Assembly: GCF_018977255.1 (NCBI RefSeq)
Contig: NW_024704743.1
Coordinates: 103,976,001 to 104,040,000 of the forward strand
Origin: Callorhinchus milii
Taxonomy: Eukaryota
Length of the DNA stretch: 64,000 bases
Direction: 5' to 3'
Of this stretch, positions 12,850-25,988 are shown in pieces. The notes under the pieces are model-generated. The model saw only the letters and a program-made list of their open reading frames with translations, had not been told where the DNA came from and did no database searches. Each line of letters begins with the position of its first letter. The first letter of the stretch is position 1. Both the position numbers and the translations under genes were made by a program.

Positions 12850-13025
12850 CAACAACAACAACAACAACAAGATTCCATTTATAAAGCACCTTTCACGTCA
12901 GGAGGACGTCCCAAGGCGCTGCACAGTTGGGTCATGACCCGAGCAGGGGGGAAATGGTCAGGGGGAGGGAAGGGAGGGAGCGAGGAGGGGGGAAATGGTC
13001 AGGGTGAGGGGAGGGAAGGGAAGGG
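12850..13025 (-). mobile_element. Young L2 3'-UTR fragment inserted antisense into an older L2
   Basis: Near-identical to the reverse complement of ~41730-41913; (TTG)n tail. Confidence 0.9.
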
Positions 13026-15224
13026 AGGCATTGCCCCTCCCTACCTCTGTGACCTGCTATCCCCTTATCAACCTGTCAGTTTCCTCCATTCGGCAGGCTC
13101 AGGCTTGCTCCACGTAACCCCACCCGGTCTGCCCTATGATCGGCAGTCGGGCGTTCAGCCTCTCTGCCCCCACCCTCTAGAACTCCATCCAACATTCCCT
13201 TTACCTCACTCCCTCCCTTGCCTCCTTCAAGGCATGTCTCAAGACCCTCCTCTTCAACCACGCTTTTAGTTACCCTCCTACCCTCTCTGCCCTCCACCCT
13301 CCCTGATCCTAAACCTCCTGCTCGGGTCCAAATCCCTAATTGTCCAGGTCTTTAGGATGTCCTCCCGACATGGAAGGCACTATATAAATGTAATTTTGTA
13401 TTGTATTTTAAGCCCTCTGAGACGTTTCTCTCATGAAGGCTACTTATAAAATATAAATTCAACTTATTGTTTACAGTTTGATCAGCTGTCAGAGGGTGGC
13501 AACATTTAGTTTTTGAACTGTGGCTTTGAGAACAGCTTTTAACTTCAATTGTTTTGTTTTATGATTATTCCTCAGCCATTACCTGGGGAAGAAGCATGAA
13601 ATTCACACTCTCCTCAGTCCCAATTTATAACATTCCTGACCAGCCAGCCTCTATCCACACTGTACCTTGTGAAATCATTCTACCCCATCAAATAATATCA
13701 AGCCAGCCTCCAGCATATTCACCCTTCCTCATGTCTGCACTTCAGCTCTTTTTTGAAGGAGAAATTTTCTCAGCCTTAACTGCTTTTATTAAAGGTCTGT
13801 TCCTCATTTAGAACAACGCTGAGCCTTTTCTCCTTGGTTTTCCCTGCGGGAAGCAAGAGAATTGTAAATACAATGAAGGAGTCATTTCGCTATCTTTGTT
13901 TTATGGAGTAAATGCATTTAGTAGAGCAAGTAATACTGAGAGAGCAGCATGCCAGTAGATCTACAAGAGAGAATTTTGAACTATGTTTATGAATTATGAA
14001 AATGCTACGTTGTAACTTGTGCATTCATATGAAGCTTTAAAAGAAAAATATGATTTTTTGTTATCGTTGTACGCACAGTACTGTTCAACTACAACAATAA
14101 TAATACAATAATAAAACATAATTTGATATAATACCCTTCATGTTGCAAGGATGTCTCAAAATGCTTCAGAGGGTTTTATTATAACATATAGCGACTTGTG
14201 ATTTTGCCGCTGAACACAGCAGACAATTTGCACACCGCAATGTCTGATAAATAGCCATGAAGTGAGTGATAAATATTTTTCTGAGGATTTTTGGCTAGGA
14301 CACTAAGAGAAACGCACTTCTCTTTTTGAATAGTGTCATGGGATTTTTAATGTCTCATGAACAGGCAGACAGGAATTCAGTTTAACATTTCATTTCAAGG
14401 ACAGCACCTCCAACAATCCATTGCTCCCCTATTGGAGTGTATTGGCACGTCAGCGTAGATTGTGAGCTCAAAGACCCAAGTTGGGCTTGAATCTACTGCT
14501 TCTGATTCAGAGGCGAGAGTGCTATCAACTGAGCCACAAGACCTAAAATGAGTTTAAAGATTTTTTTTCATATGCTTCTCGCTGATAAAGGAATCTAACT
14601 TTCATGTCTATTATAACCACAGGCATTTCATTTAGTTCCTGTAGATTTTCTGAGAACAAGTAGAGTCAGGTTTGGAGAACAATTATTACTGGATGTTACT
14701 GCCACTGAAAACATGAGGTCTACATATCTCTTCTAAACTGTTCTGATAATCTTTTAAAAGCAATTTTTATTTTCAAAACAATTCTCTAATTAAATCAATA
14801 CAGCTACCTGTTAAAATGGATTAACTAGTAGATGTATCAATATACAGAAATCAGCTACTGCACTTCAAATAAATCCTCAGGAATGTAAGATGTTGGGAGG
14901 GTGTGGCCAATTACAAAAAAGCATTCGGCGGCATTGGCAAAGTTAATTTTTTTCCCATTTCTGATGATTTGTCCTTCATTAATGATCTTCTAAAGGGAAC
15001 TTGAAAGCATTCATTTGTTTAAGAGACTAATTCTACATCACAATAACCTAGTCACAAATAACAGCTCACTGAGAACTCCAAATCTCTCTCAGCACCAATT
15101 AGAAAGGTTTGCTCTTTGTGAGTATATGAACAAGTTAAGATGATGATAATAATAATCCTTATTATCATGGTGGCGAAATGTTGCAAAGTGCTTCCGAGGA
15201 TTGTACTGTGAAGTGTAGTGATTG

Positions 15225-16045
15225 TAGCCTATCTCTCACACCGTCTCCACTTCATCTCCAGAAATGGTTTCTCCTCTAGCCCTCGCACTGTCTCGTACGG
15301 TGTTCCTCAGGGGTCTGTCCTTGGTTCCCTCCTTTTCAATATCTATATGCTCCATCTTGGTGACATCATCCACAGGTATGGGGTCAATTTCCACATGGAT
15401 GCGGATGACACCCAACTGTACCTCTCTGCCTCCACCCTTGACTCCAGAACCACTGCTATGCTGACAGAATGGATGAGAGCTAAAATTCTGCAGTTGAACA
15501 TCAACAAGAACGAGGCTCTCCTGATTGGCTCCCGGCAGCACCTCCACACCTCAGGCACTGAGAACATCACCATCCATGAAGGCACACTCCACCTTACTAA
15601 GCCAGTCTGGAACCTTGGCGCTTTGTTTGAACCTCAACTATCCATTCTACCCCACATCCATGCCATGTCCTGCTCTGCCTTCCCCCACTTCTGCAACATC
15701 GCCCGGCTCTGCTATTGTCTCACACCACAGACCTCAGGCCTGCTCCATGTCCCCCGCCTCGTCCGCCACCACCATTGGCAGGTGGGCCTTCAGCCTCTCT
15801 GCCCTCACCCTCTGGAATACCATCCCACAGTCCCTCCGCCTCGCACCCTCTCTTACCTCCTTCAAGCTCCATCTCAAGACCCTCCTCTTCGACTGTGCCT
15901 TCGGCCACCCTCCTTGCCCCCCTGCCCTCCACCCTCCCCGATCCCAACCCCCAGCTTGGGTCAGAAACACTGATTGTCCAGGCCTTGGGACGTGCTCCTG
16001 ATGTGAAAGGCGCAATACAAATGTAATTTTGTTGTTGTTGTATTT
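15225..16045 (+). mobile_element. Degenerate, internally deleted L2 fragment
   Basis: [18 protein letters not shown] and LKTLLFD motifs followed by an L2 tail. Confidence 0.9.
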
Positions 16046-18169
16046 GCAGGCAATCACAGCAGCCAATTTACATCCAGCAATATCCCGTAAATAGCAATGA
16101 AGTGAATGACCAATTTTACCTGGGGTATTGTTGGCCAGAGAGGTACCCTTCTCTTTTTGAGTTGTGCTATGCGACCTTTAGCATCCTGAACAGGATTTAG
16201 CATCTCATCTCTGACAACGCACAATGCAACACCCCCCCAGCTCTGAGGTAAGAATGCTAATAAATGATCCAGACTGACACTCTGACAGACCAATACTGGC
16301 TCAGGTATAGTTAAGGGAGAACCATCAGCACTGACCCAAATATAGTTATATGCAAGTCAAGGTGAGAGACATCAGTAGTAGCTCAGTTACAGTAGGTAGA
16401 ACTCCTCAAAGAAGCTCCTATGCAGGACACTATCCCTTTAAGGGAGTTTTTTAAGGTTGCATCAAATGGTGATTCTGCTGAATGACCCGGGCAGCCATTT
16501 TTTTTTGACAACTGGAAGTATTAACATATTTATGACTGAAAGGAACATGCTATACATATTGTTCTCTCGACCAGACTCTACTTGTTTCTTGAGTAATGAC
16601 CGTAACTAAATGGAAATACCTGTGGTTACAAGAGATAAAAGGAAGATTTCTTAGTAGAAAGCCTTTAGGATCCTACAAGGAACCCTGAACCTCCATAACC
16701 AACGGGGAAGCAGGGCAGACACTAGCTTAATAATTAATGTACACCTTAAATCAGATTGCATGTGTGTGTGTTTTTTTAATGTCGTTTTTACTAGTCGGCT
16801 AAATTCAAAGAATTACTAAGACATGCCTTGAATTGACTCGCCCATACTAAGATTGTCAAGAGAGAACAGGGCATTTGGTATATAAATTACATGTCAATTT
16901 GCATAGATAATAAGCTACTACTACTACAACTAAAGACGAATATTTATTCCTCTGCTTATTTGCTGCTTGTAGTGAGTAAGCAATATTGCCTTTAGGATGG
17001 GTGGGAGGACCAGCCTGTTCTGTTCTCAGGGTGGAGCACAGCTAAGCCCTGCCAAATTGCCCTCTTTTACCGGCAAGATCAATGCAGTAACATTTCACGA
17101 GGTGTGCACATTGCTCCACACAGCCACTTTGTGGATATCCTATAGAACTGCACAGCAAGTTCTTTCATGTAGAAGCTCCAGGTTTCATGATATCAGCAAG
17201 GAGTTCAAAATAACACTGGTCTAAAGCCCGGGAGCAACCAAGAATGATAATGTTAATGTAATCTAAGGATAAATTACATAAAGTTATGGTGAGGGATCTC
17301 ACGTCATGTGAAAACCCTCAAAACGCTGAGAGGGATAAATAATACAAGCAGGCTTTTGATTTTGGACTGTGACCACAGAATAAGAAGTGGCATGTAGAAA
17401 AGTAATATGTTTCAAGTAAGAAGACAAATTAAAAACATAGTTTGGGTAAAAACATAATGGTTGTGAATCGTGGAGATTACTCAGATAAATGTAAACGGAG
17501 ATATTCAAATACTTCACAGAAAGCAATGCTACTTGTGCTTTGGGACTGAATGGGAGAGGATTCACCTGTGGAGATATGTGGTTGAATGGAGATGTTGAAA
17601 TAAATAAATATTCTGGAATTTCACACAGAAACAGGAGACCAGTCTATTCTACTAATTTATTAGATCACGACGGATCTAATGATGTTTGTCTAAAAATGAC
17701 AGTCACAACACTTTACCTTAAGTCCTGTGAAACACTTTCAGATGTTCTCCCAGCATTGAAGGCATTGTATTACATGCAAGGATTATTATTATTATTGTCA
17801 TCTTTCAATTTCATTTCCCCACCTATTCCCACACGTCTCAATACACATGTATCTATCTCTCTATTTCCTCTTTAACAATTCCAATAAAAGAGTAAAATCC
17901 TACCAAATCAGAGGAAAATTAAACGTAGCCTGGAAAAAATAGTAGAAAAAAAGCAAAAGAAATAAATAGATTACAGCAGTCGTCAAGTTCATTCATTAAA
18001 ACATTTTCAAGAGCTAATTTTACTGAATGGGACAGTGCAAGTTATGAACTGGTGAGTGTAATGTCAGGGTCAGTATTCTCTAGTAGTACCTGTTCTAGGC
18101 CAGTAATCTTGATATTTTTACCCATGGAAAGGCTTTCACTCACAAGCAATAGCAAAAGATCAAGCAGAT

Positions 18170-19560
18170 AGGGGATTCCAACATTCTGGCCCTACAGGTC
18201 ACAAAGTGCTGAGAAGAACTTTCTGATAGGTTTAGGTTGTGATTCCACAGGTTAAATGCAGCACGATAGTGAAGGTATGTGAAGCTTGGGCATTGCTCTC
18301 CCTGCCAGCAGTCCATTAATGTATGCACTCGTGGTCATTCCTCCTTGTGTATAAATTGAACATGGCATTAAAGTCCTTATTTCCATCTAGATAAAAACGG
18401 GAGCCCTTTTAATGTCAACACGATAGAAAATTCTTTCCCCACATATCTATGAGTCACTGGATAAAAGAAAGTGACCACAACCTCTTGGGTCAGATACAAT
18501 TGTGAATTTGGGATGTGGATGAAGGACCTCCCCATTCTCATACCAGATAAGGTCAGTTGCCTTGACTACTAATGCTTGGGTTTCACTAACTCTTGAGAAC
18601 CAAGGTCACATTCCATGACAACAGTTTCAAATCTATACTAGCCATAGGCTCAAAGGGAACTTGCATTAATTTATATTGTGCTAGATTACAATCCGAAACT
18701 GAGATCAAAGACCGAGTTGGGGGTTTGATGTGCCAAGCCCCTATTATAAACCATGAATTCAAGGGATCCATCGCCAAGAGTTCCCCTCCACCGAGAGATG
18801 AAAGATAGAATCCCTAATGGACCTCCTTATCGAAGAGTTCCTGGACGTAAAAAGAACCAGAACAGCATCACAAGATATAAGAGCAAGATCATAGTAGCAG
18901 ACAGTAAAACACGTCAATGTGTAATTGTACAGCCTCTGATTAGTAGAAATGATGGCTACAGATGAACAATCTACAGGTGAACAATCTACCTTTATTCTTC
19001 AATTGCTTTTTGATCATGTTTCTACCATGATTACCATTCACAGAATTACTTCACGGGAATTAGGAACTGGGATTCAAAGCAAAATTGAGCACAAGGCCTT
19101 AACTAAAACACAACAATGTTTCTCCTGAATAATCCTCCAGAGCGATATTAAATACAGAAATGGTGTATTATTTATGCATACCCTGATGTACTGTTTTTAA
19201 ACTCTCCTGCAAATAATCCTGCCATTTGACTCCATCACATGTTGCAAGGTATGTGCTTTGATCACAGCATAATAGAACAGCAAGTCCAATTACACCAATT
19301 CTTCAGAAACACAACCGAGTCCAAAACCCATGATCCTTTAGTTACAAAAGGGTCACACAGTTACTTCTGGCATTTCCCTCCAGGATTTTGTTATCGTATT
19401 GAGGATCAGCAAATAAAAAGGGAAACAATGGAGGACCTTTCCATGCCAGACAGGAACGGGCCACCAAACATTGGTGCACTGGAGCAAAACAAAATCATTC
19501 AATATAAATCGATTGATATGTGGTCTTCATTTGCTGATAATCATCTGAACTTGAATGTTT
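18170..19560 (-). mobile_element. Degenerate DIRS-type tyrosine-recombinase retrotransposon fragment
   Basis: Minus-strand translation across frameshifts gives WFIIGAWHIKPPTRSLI...VPFEPMASIDLKLLSW / SRVSETQALVV...EVLHPHPKF / ERIFYRVDIKRA / FYLDGNKDF. These match DIRS YR motifs as recalled (FLKGA..RPP, PFEPL..LKLLS, RRVSEL.AL, LRP.P.F, LDV.RAL.FYL). Weaker upstream IDLY, FCS and WKGPPLF motifs are also present. Ends are approximate. Confidence 0.8.
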
Positions 19561-20774
19561 GACACTATAATATTAGCATGTGTATGCCATGAGAACGCTT
19601 CAATAATGAACTAGAGATGGCATCGCTGAAGCTCATGGTGTTTACTTTACACTGTAATCTTGGTTTAACCTTGTTTTCACATCCATCATTTGGTTCACTA
19701 CCAGAAACAACCACAACTGCTACAATCTGTTTCCTATTCACAAGATCACAACATTTGTCGGGATGAAGAAATCTCTTTGGCTCAATCCATCTCATCCCTC
19801 CAGCACACCTATCCTACCATCTCCCATTACTGCATTAAGCTGCTTTTTGAATGACTCTAGTGTCTTGACCTCTACTACCTTTCCGAGAAGTACTGCATTT
19901 TAAGAAGACCCTGTTTATCAAACAAGATGTTAAACTGATATCCCATCTATTGTTCAGGTGGATATTAAAGAGTCCATGACATTAATTAAAAAATGATGGG
20001 AGTTTCTCCAGAAGCCCTGACCAATAATTCTCCAAATTCATTGGTCATTTACTTCCTGGTTGTTTGTGACTGTTGACATAAATGGCTTCTACATTTGACT
20101 AAAATAAATGATTGAGTTAGTTGCTTCCTTCGTCTGGACCCACTTACTCCTGTAAAGAGTTTCTTCCAGCCCAGTTACTTTAGTTCTGAATAAGATTCAT
20201 GGCTTAGACATAAACTTGTTTTTTATCTTTCAGAGGAGTGCATTTCCTCCATGTTTGTTTTTATTCAAACCTTTTTCCTTTTTATGTCCACTATTTTTCC
20301 CTTGTGCCGCTAATATATTTGTCAGAATTCCTGAATTCAGGGGTCCCACAAGGTGGCAATATGATGCATTAGAACTTGGAAGAAGGTTGAGTTTGAAAAT
20401 GTAACTTTTCTTAACGTCAGACTGAATCAATGGTAACCAATCAATCCTACAAGCAGATCAATTTAAGATAATCTTGCATTTTGATTTTGTGAGATGAACG
20501 TAATTCAATATTGTGTTAATTTCAGACCCTTCTAGACTGAGTGTTCCTTCTTCCCATTGTGGAGCTTCAATCACAGGGAATACCTTCCCATGCAATTATT
20601 TTTTTCTGGTTAATCAATTACAACCAGACCAAACTTGTTGAAGGTGATGACTGGAATTTAATGGGCTAATTTTTGTTGCAAAGTTTCAGATCAGTGAAAT
20701 TGTTTTATGCAAATGCATAATGAAGGAGACAACAGGCTTCACATTCCAACGTTCTTCAGTTTATTAGTAATCCA

Positions 20775-21330
20775 ACCTCCCGCTTGGATTACTGCAACGC
20801 ACTCCTCACTGGTCTCCCCAGCTCCATTCACAAGATCCAGCTCATTCAAAACTCTGCCGTCCACATACTGACACAGACCAAACTCCGTACCCACATCTCA
20901 CCAGTTCTGGCCAGGCTCCACTGGCTCTCCATCACCGAAAGGATCAACTTCAAGATCCTCACACTCGTGTTCAAATCCCTTCACTCTCTGGCACCTCCCT
21001 ACCTCTCCAACCTCCTCACTCCCCAATCCCGCACCCGGCGCCTCCGTTCGACTGGCACCGGCCTCCTGCTCATCCCTTGCACCCTCCACCCCACCATCAG
21101 AGGTCATGCTTTCAGCCATTACGCCTCAAAACTCTGGAACACCCTCCCTCAATCCCTCTGCCTTGCCCCCTCCCTCCCCTCTTTCAAGTCCCACCTGAAA
21201 ACTTTCCTCTTCGACCATGCTTACGGCCACCTCCCCCTCCCACCTGTTCGGAGTCAGGCTCCATCACTGTTAAGCGCTCTGAGACACTACCCTGCATGAG
21301 GGTGCGATATGTGCAAGTTGTTGTTGTTGA
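20775..21330 (+). mobile_element. L2 3' fragment of a different subfamily
   Basis: [24 protein letters not shown] and LKTFLFD motifs; different 3' UTR ending in (GTT)n. Confidence 0.9.
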
Positions 21331-21422
21331 CTTAGTTAACATATGACTCCATTTTGAGAGGGATTTTGCCCTGATTTGGGAGATGAAAAATAGATTTCTT
21401 AAGAGAAAGGTAACCAAGATGA

Positions 21423-21524
21423 TGAAACCAAAAAACAGAAGTTGCTGGGAACACTCAGCAGGTCAGGCAGCATCTATGGAGAAAGGAAAGTGAGTCAATG
21501 TTTCGGTCCACAACCCTTTGTCAG
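21423..21524 (-). mobile_element. Second copy of the ~115-bp hammerhead-like short element
   Basis: The reverse complement, CTGACAAAGGGTTGTGGACCGAAACATTGACTCACTTTCCTTTCTCCATAGATGCTGCCTGACCTGCTGAGTGTTCCCAGC..., aligns nearly end to end with 63595-63697. Confidence 0.75.
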
Positions 21525-21997
21525 GTTCGATGAGTTCTGGTAGCAGTCACAAAACTATCACTGCCAACTCAAGCAGCAACTTTTGGTTAAGAAAATATTT
21601 TAAAATACAGAATATACCTTTCCTATGCAGCAAATTCAGCTGAGTAAAAATCACCAGAGACAGCTAGGGAGCCACAAAACCCTGAACTGATAGAGGGAGT
21701 GAAAGATGAAGCATGCATGATCAGTTAATAAATGACCGTCATTAACAGCAGATCAACAGCTAGCAGCAATGTAATCATTAGATTTCCGTAAACTGGAAAA
21801 ATCTCATCTCAAACCAGATGCACCCAATCAGCAGTGGACTCAAGACCCTCCCTAATCCTCCAGACACAGACGAGGTGCAGGCCAATGGGTGATTTTTTTA
21901 AAAAAGGCAGTAAAAGCTTGCAAACTTTGCTCCCTCCCCCAGTAGATGAAAAATCTTTCACAAAATACTTGATAAGTGTACAATTCATTTTAAGATA

Positions 21998-22172
21998 CAA
22001 CAACAACAAGATTTCATTTATAGAGCGCCTTTCACGTCAGGAGGACGTCCCAAGGCGCTGGACAATTGGGTCGGGACCCAAGCAAGGGGGAAATGGTCAG
22101 GGTGAGGGGAGGGAAGGGAGGGAGCGAGGAGGGGGTAGAGTCGAGAGGGGAGCTGAAGGCATGGTCGAAGAG
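21998..22172 (-). mobile_element. Young L2 3'-UTR fragment
   Basis: Matches the reverse complement of ~41695-41913. Confidence 0.88.
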
Positions 22173-22974
22173 AAATACATAGCTTAGCTTGATCTAAATT
22201 TATGTAAGAAATTGCAAATTTGACGCAGTCGGATTGTAATCCTCAGGAAAAACTACAATGTTTTTAATACAGCAATGGGTTCACATTTCTTCAAGAGGAC
22301 AACTTGTCCTGGAGTCAAGTTCCATCCATGAGTTAGAACAGCCTTTCAGCAGCTAATTCTGCATGTGTGAACCTAGACATCTGCAGGTGTTTCGACAGAA
22401 TATTTCACCGTCCAAGTCATCAAACCCAAACTTGATCCCTGTTCTCCACTGGTAAGCAACCAGGCAGTTAAAAATCCTTAATAGGATGATATTTAATCTG
22501 CATATTTTAAAAAAAATCAAGTAGATATGGTGCCAATCCTGCAATGGTTAAGGTATTCTTTTATATTATGAATTTGGCATCAGTCAATCTAGGTTTAGAG
22601 GGATCATTATGTCCCAAGGACTCTGTGCTCTCCTTTTCCAGGTGAATAAACATCATTAGCTATCGAGACATAAACGTGCCATACTGAGAAGTAGGTTCCC
22701 CTTATTCATCCTTAAACCCAATCTCCTCCTGTGAAAATTAGATAAAAATATTCAGAGCCTTTCTCAGCACTACAACATTGATTGTTTGTCAACTCATAAT
22801 CCCTTCATTTAAAGGCATCATTTCTTTTATTGGAATCAACAGGGTTCCATTCTAACAGTGCAACACCAGTCTGGCTGGCATAAAGTATTCACACTGTACA
22901 TTTTACCGCAGTACTTTTAGCAAAAATCAGTACTGCATTACACAAGATGATCACTTTCATTACTTGACTATACT

Positions 22975-23465
22975 CCCTGCTCGCTGGAACTTCCCAATTC
23001 CTTGCTCCACAAACTGCATATTATTTTGAATTCTTCAGCTCATGTCCTCTCCTGCACTAAACTCTGTGAGCCGATCATCCCCATCGTTGATTGGCTTCAC
23101 TGGCTCCCCATCTCCCAGAGGATAGAATTCAAGATCTTCAGTTTTAAAGCCTTCCACGGTCTTGCTCCTCCCTACTTCTGATACCTACTAAAATGTTACC
23201 AACCTGCCCGCTCCCTCCGCCCAGGAAGCACTGGCCTGCCCACTCCACCATCAGGTCGGACCTTCAGCCTTTCTGCCCCCACCCTCTGAAACTCCATCAC
23301 AGAGCCCCTCCGCCTCATCCCTTCCTTGCTTCTTTCAAGGTCCGTTTCAAGATTTTCAATGCGCCTTTAGTCTCTTCCTATCTCCACCCCCCTTGACTCC
23401 AGCCTCCAGGTCTCATGCAAACCCTACATTGTCCAGTGCTTGGAACATCCTCCCAACATGAAGGT
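22975..23465 (+). mobile_element. Degenerate L2 3' fragment
   Basis: LHWLPISQRIEFK-type sequence followed by a decayed L2 tail. Confidence 0.8.
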
Positions 23466-25150
23466 TCTCTCTATCTGTTAAGATTGGAGCTAAAGACCCT
23501 ATGGTGTTATTCAAAAGAGAAGTTGTTACTGTGTATAAAATATTTATGTAATACATCAGACATTTCTTGCTTACAGCACAAAAATGAAGCTTGAAGTTCA
23601 GATCAATTACATAGTAACGACTGTATCAATGTAAAACACACATTTGGTTTTAGATATGAAGCTCTGATTCCACAGATATTTTATTTATTTAAATTTACAG
23701 CTCACTCCATCTCTACACCAGCCACTATGAGCTAACTATGAACTGGGTAAGAGTTAGACAACTCATCAGAATGATGCAACAAATATTCAGTATTAGAAAT
23801 CGGAGAAAAACAGTGCAGTTTTCTTCAATTTGGTCTTTTCAATGCAAAAGATTTGTATTCTGTCACAGAAATAAACCTTACTATTCGACTAAACTGAAAC
23901 CACATTTAGTAGTGTAATTGAAATGGAAACTATGATAAGAACCTAGACAGAATACAAATAGGAAAATATAAGTCATTGGATTGTTTTATTTTCATACACC
24001 GCATCATCTGATGTGGCATCTTTATTTGGCACTGCCAGTTTTCTCATTCAAGCCACATATAAACAATCATAAAACAAATCTCAAAATAAGTTTGATTTGA
24101 TTCATCTCAAATTCCTGCTCTATGGTTTTGGTCCCAAGCAATTTATAGTTTGATTCTTGTGACAGTATTCAATGCAAAGCAGACTCTGTGGAATACCAAA
24201 TCAGAACCACCTAATGGTGGGGGGGGGAAGCTAAGATTTAAAATACCAGCAGCTGTAGCTAAAATAAACTTGGTGAGAAACAGATAACATATTGAATCTA
24301 ATTTGCAGCTGCTCCTTTTTGCTTCAAACTTTGGTGTTCCTCTACCTGGTAATGAAAGAAATTAATTGAGAGAGCAATAATTTAACGTGTGCTTCTGATT
24401 TCGAAGCATTTTACGACTCACCTGGGTGATAAACAGTAGGTTACAACAGTAATGTACTAAATTGGAAAAATCTATTTACTGAGATTCAATGAGGTGGTGG
24501 CTGTGGTTAGAAGCACCTCAAATCCACAGAACACATTCCCTTTGAATGGTTGCATTCATTAATTTCTACCTCAACAAAATAGATCTTTTTAATCACAATT
24601 CCATCCATGACATGCTTTTTTTCCGAGTTCTCGACCTGCCTGGCTGGTAATTGTTTATTTTGAATTGTCGGTAGAGATGAGTAAAGCAGCCTCACTATGT
24701 ACATTCTTTTCAGTTTGTACTGAATACTTTCTCCCACCCCACTCAGACTCTTAAACAGAAACAAAGCATTAAAATCACCGAAGTTATTCCAGGTAGTCAG
24801 GCGAGACACAACTCACGCAGCATCCTGTGGTGGCTTACATTTTTATTCCAATCATTCAGTACTAGATGTGCTTCTGACTGTCTGGGTCGTAAGGAGAAAG
24901 ACTGTGATTTCAGACAATTTGTCAGCCAAGGGAACATTTTTTAAAAAAAAATTAACATTTCCTCACGTTGTAGGAGATTGCTGGGCCACTCTCACAAACT
25001 GGGCACGACTTGTCAAAGAGCTGAGAGAGGAAGGAAGGTGTGTGTATGTATGGGAGTAAGGGAAAGAAGAGAGAAGGAGGGGTTTGGAAGATGAATGAAA
25101 GTTTTCCTCGTTTCCTTCTCTTTAGCTGGTGTAAAATGTGGAATGAAGTA

Positions 25151-25475
25151 ATAATAATAATAATAATCCTTGCGTTTGATATAGCGCTTTTCACGTCGGG
25201 AGGACGTCCCAAAGCGCTTCACAGAACACACTGTAAAGTGAATTGATTGTATATTTGTGGGCGAACGCGGCAGCCAATTGCGCACAGCAATGTCCCACAA
25301 ACAGTCGTGGATTGAAAATGACCAATTTATTATTATTGTTTTTGGTTTTTGGAGGGATTATTATTAGGTGTATGGAGTAAGGAAACTTGCCCAAGGTTTC
25401 GCCCTGCCTGGAATTGAACTCAGGTCTCTCGCTTGCAAAGCGAGTGCCCTAACCACTGAGCTACAGGACTTCCAC
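25151..25475 (-). mobile_element. Full-length young tRNA-SINE just downstream of the EIF3H poly(A) site
   Basis: Near-identical to the other short-subfamily copies; 8-bp TSD ATGAAGTA at 25143-25150 and 25476-25483. Confidence 0.93.
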
Positions 25476-25726
25476 ATGAAGTATTCCTGTTTCAAAGAAA
25501 TAAAGCAAATAACTGCCACATTGCTTAGCAAAAGTGTGGGAATAATAGTCAAAAGTGGTAGATGTTCCCTTTAAAGTCACTGAACCATTGTAAGAAATGT
25601 TAATATTTAATTTACTGGAACGACATTCTCATCCACTGGCAGCCTCTTGCTGATTGGACCGCACCATCAGGTGAAATTCAAGTTGAAAGAACAAGAAAAG
25701 TCCAACATATGGTTTCCAAATTCGTA

Positions 25727-25732
25727 TTTATT
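25727..25732 (-). terminator. EIF3H: Probable EIF3H polyadenylation signal (AATAAA)
   Basis: First AATAAA on the minus strand after the stop, about 160 nt downstream. A U-rich tract (CTTTTCTTGTTCTTTC, ~25685-25700) follows at the spacing expected for a downstream element. Confidence 0.7.
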
Positions 25733-25890
25733 TTCATTTGGGCTACACAAATTGAGGTAACCCAAATCTTTAAATATTTGGTTCAAAAATGTGTAAAACC
25801 CAATTTATACAAAGATTAGACTGGTTTTCAAGAATGGGGTTTTGTTGGATCTGAAAGGACCATGAAGCTAGAGCACACCCAACTGGGACT

Positions 25891-25988
25891 TTAGCTGTTG
25901 TGACCCTGAAGAGCTTCAGCCATGAATAATTTGCCCATACTCTGTGCTGTGAACTCCTTGATCCGCTGGCAGTAGGTGTTGATTTGTC
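25891..25988 (-). CDS. EIF3H: EIF3H exon 8, last coding exon, 98 nt including the TAA stop
   Basis: cctaacag|GA CAA ATC...AGC TAA; encodes (G)[31 protein letters not shown], the eIF3h C-terminus. Confidence 0.96.

Larger units (their letters stand above)
11110..13400 (+). mobile_element. Degenerate L2 LINE hosting nested CR1, SINE and L2 insertions
   Basis: L2 RT motifs (YCPISKFP, QGSVLDP, YADDTHLY) to ~11850, resuming at ~12728 (IIQNSAA) and ~13026, ending in an L2 tail near 13400. Confidence 0.9.
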
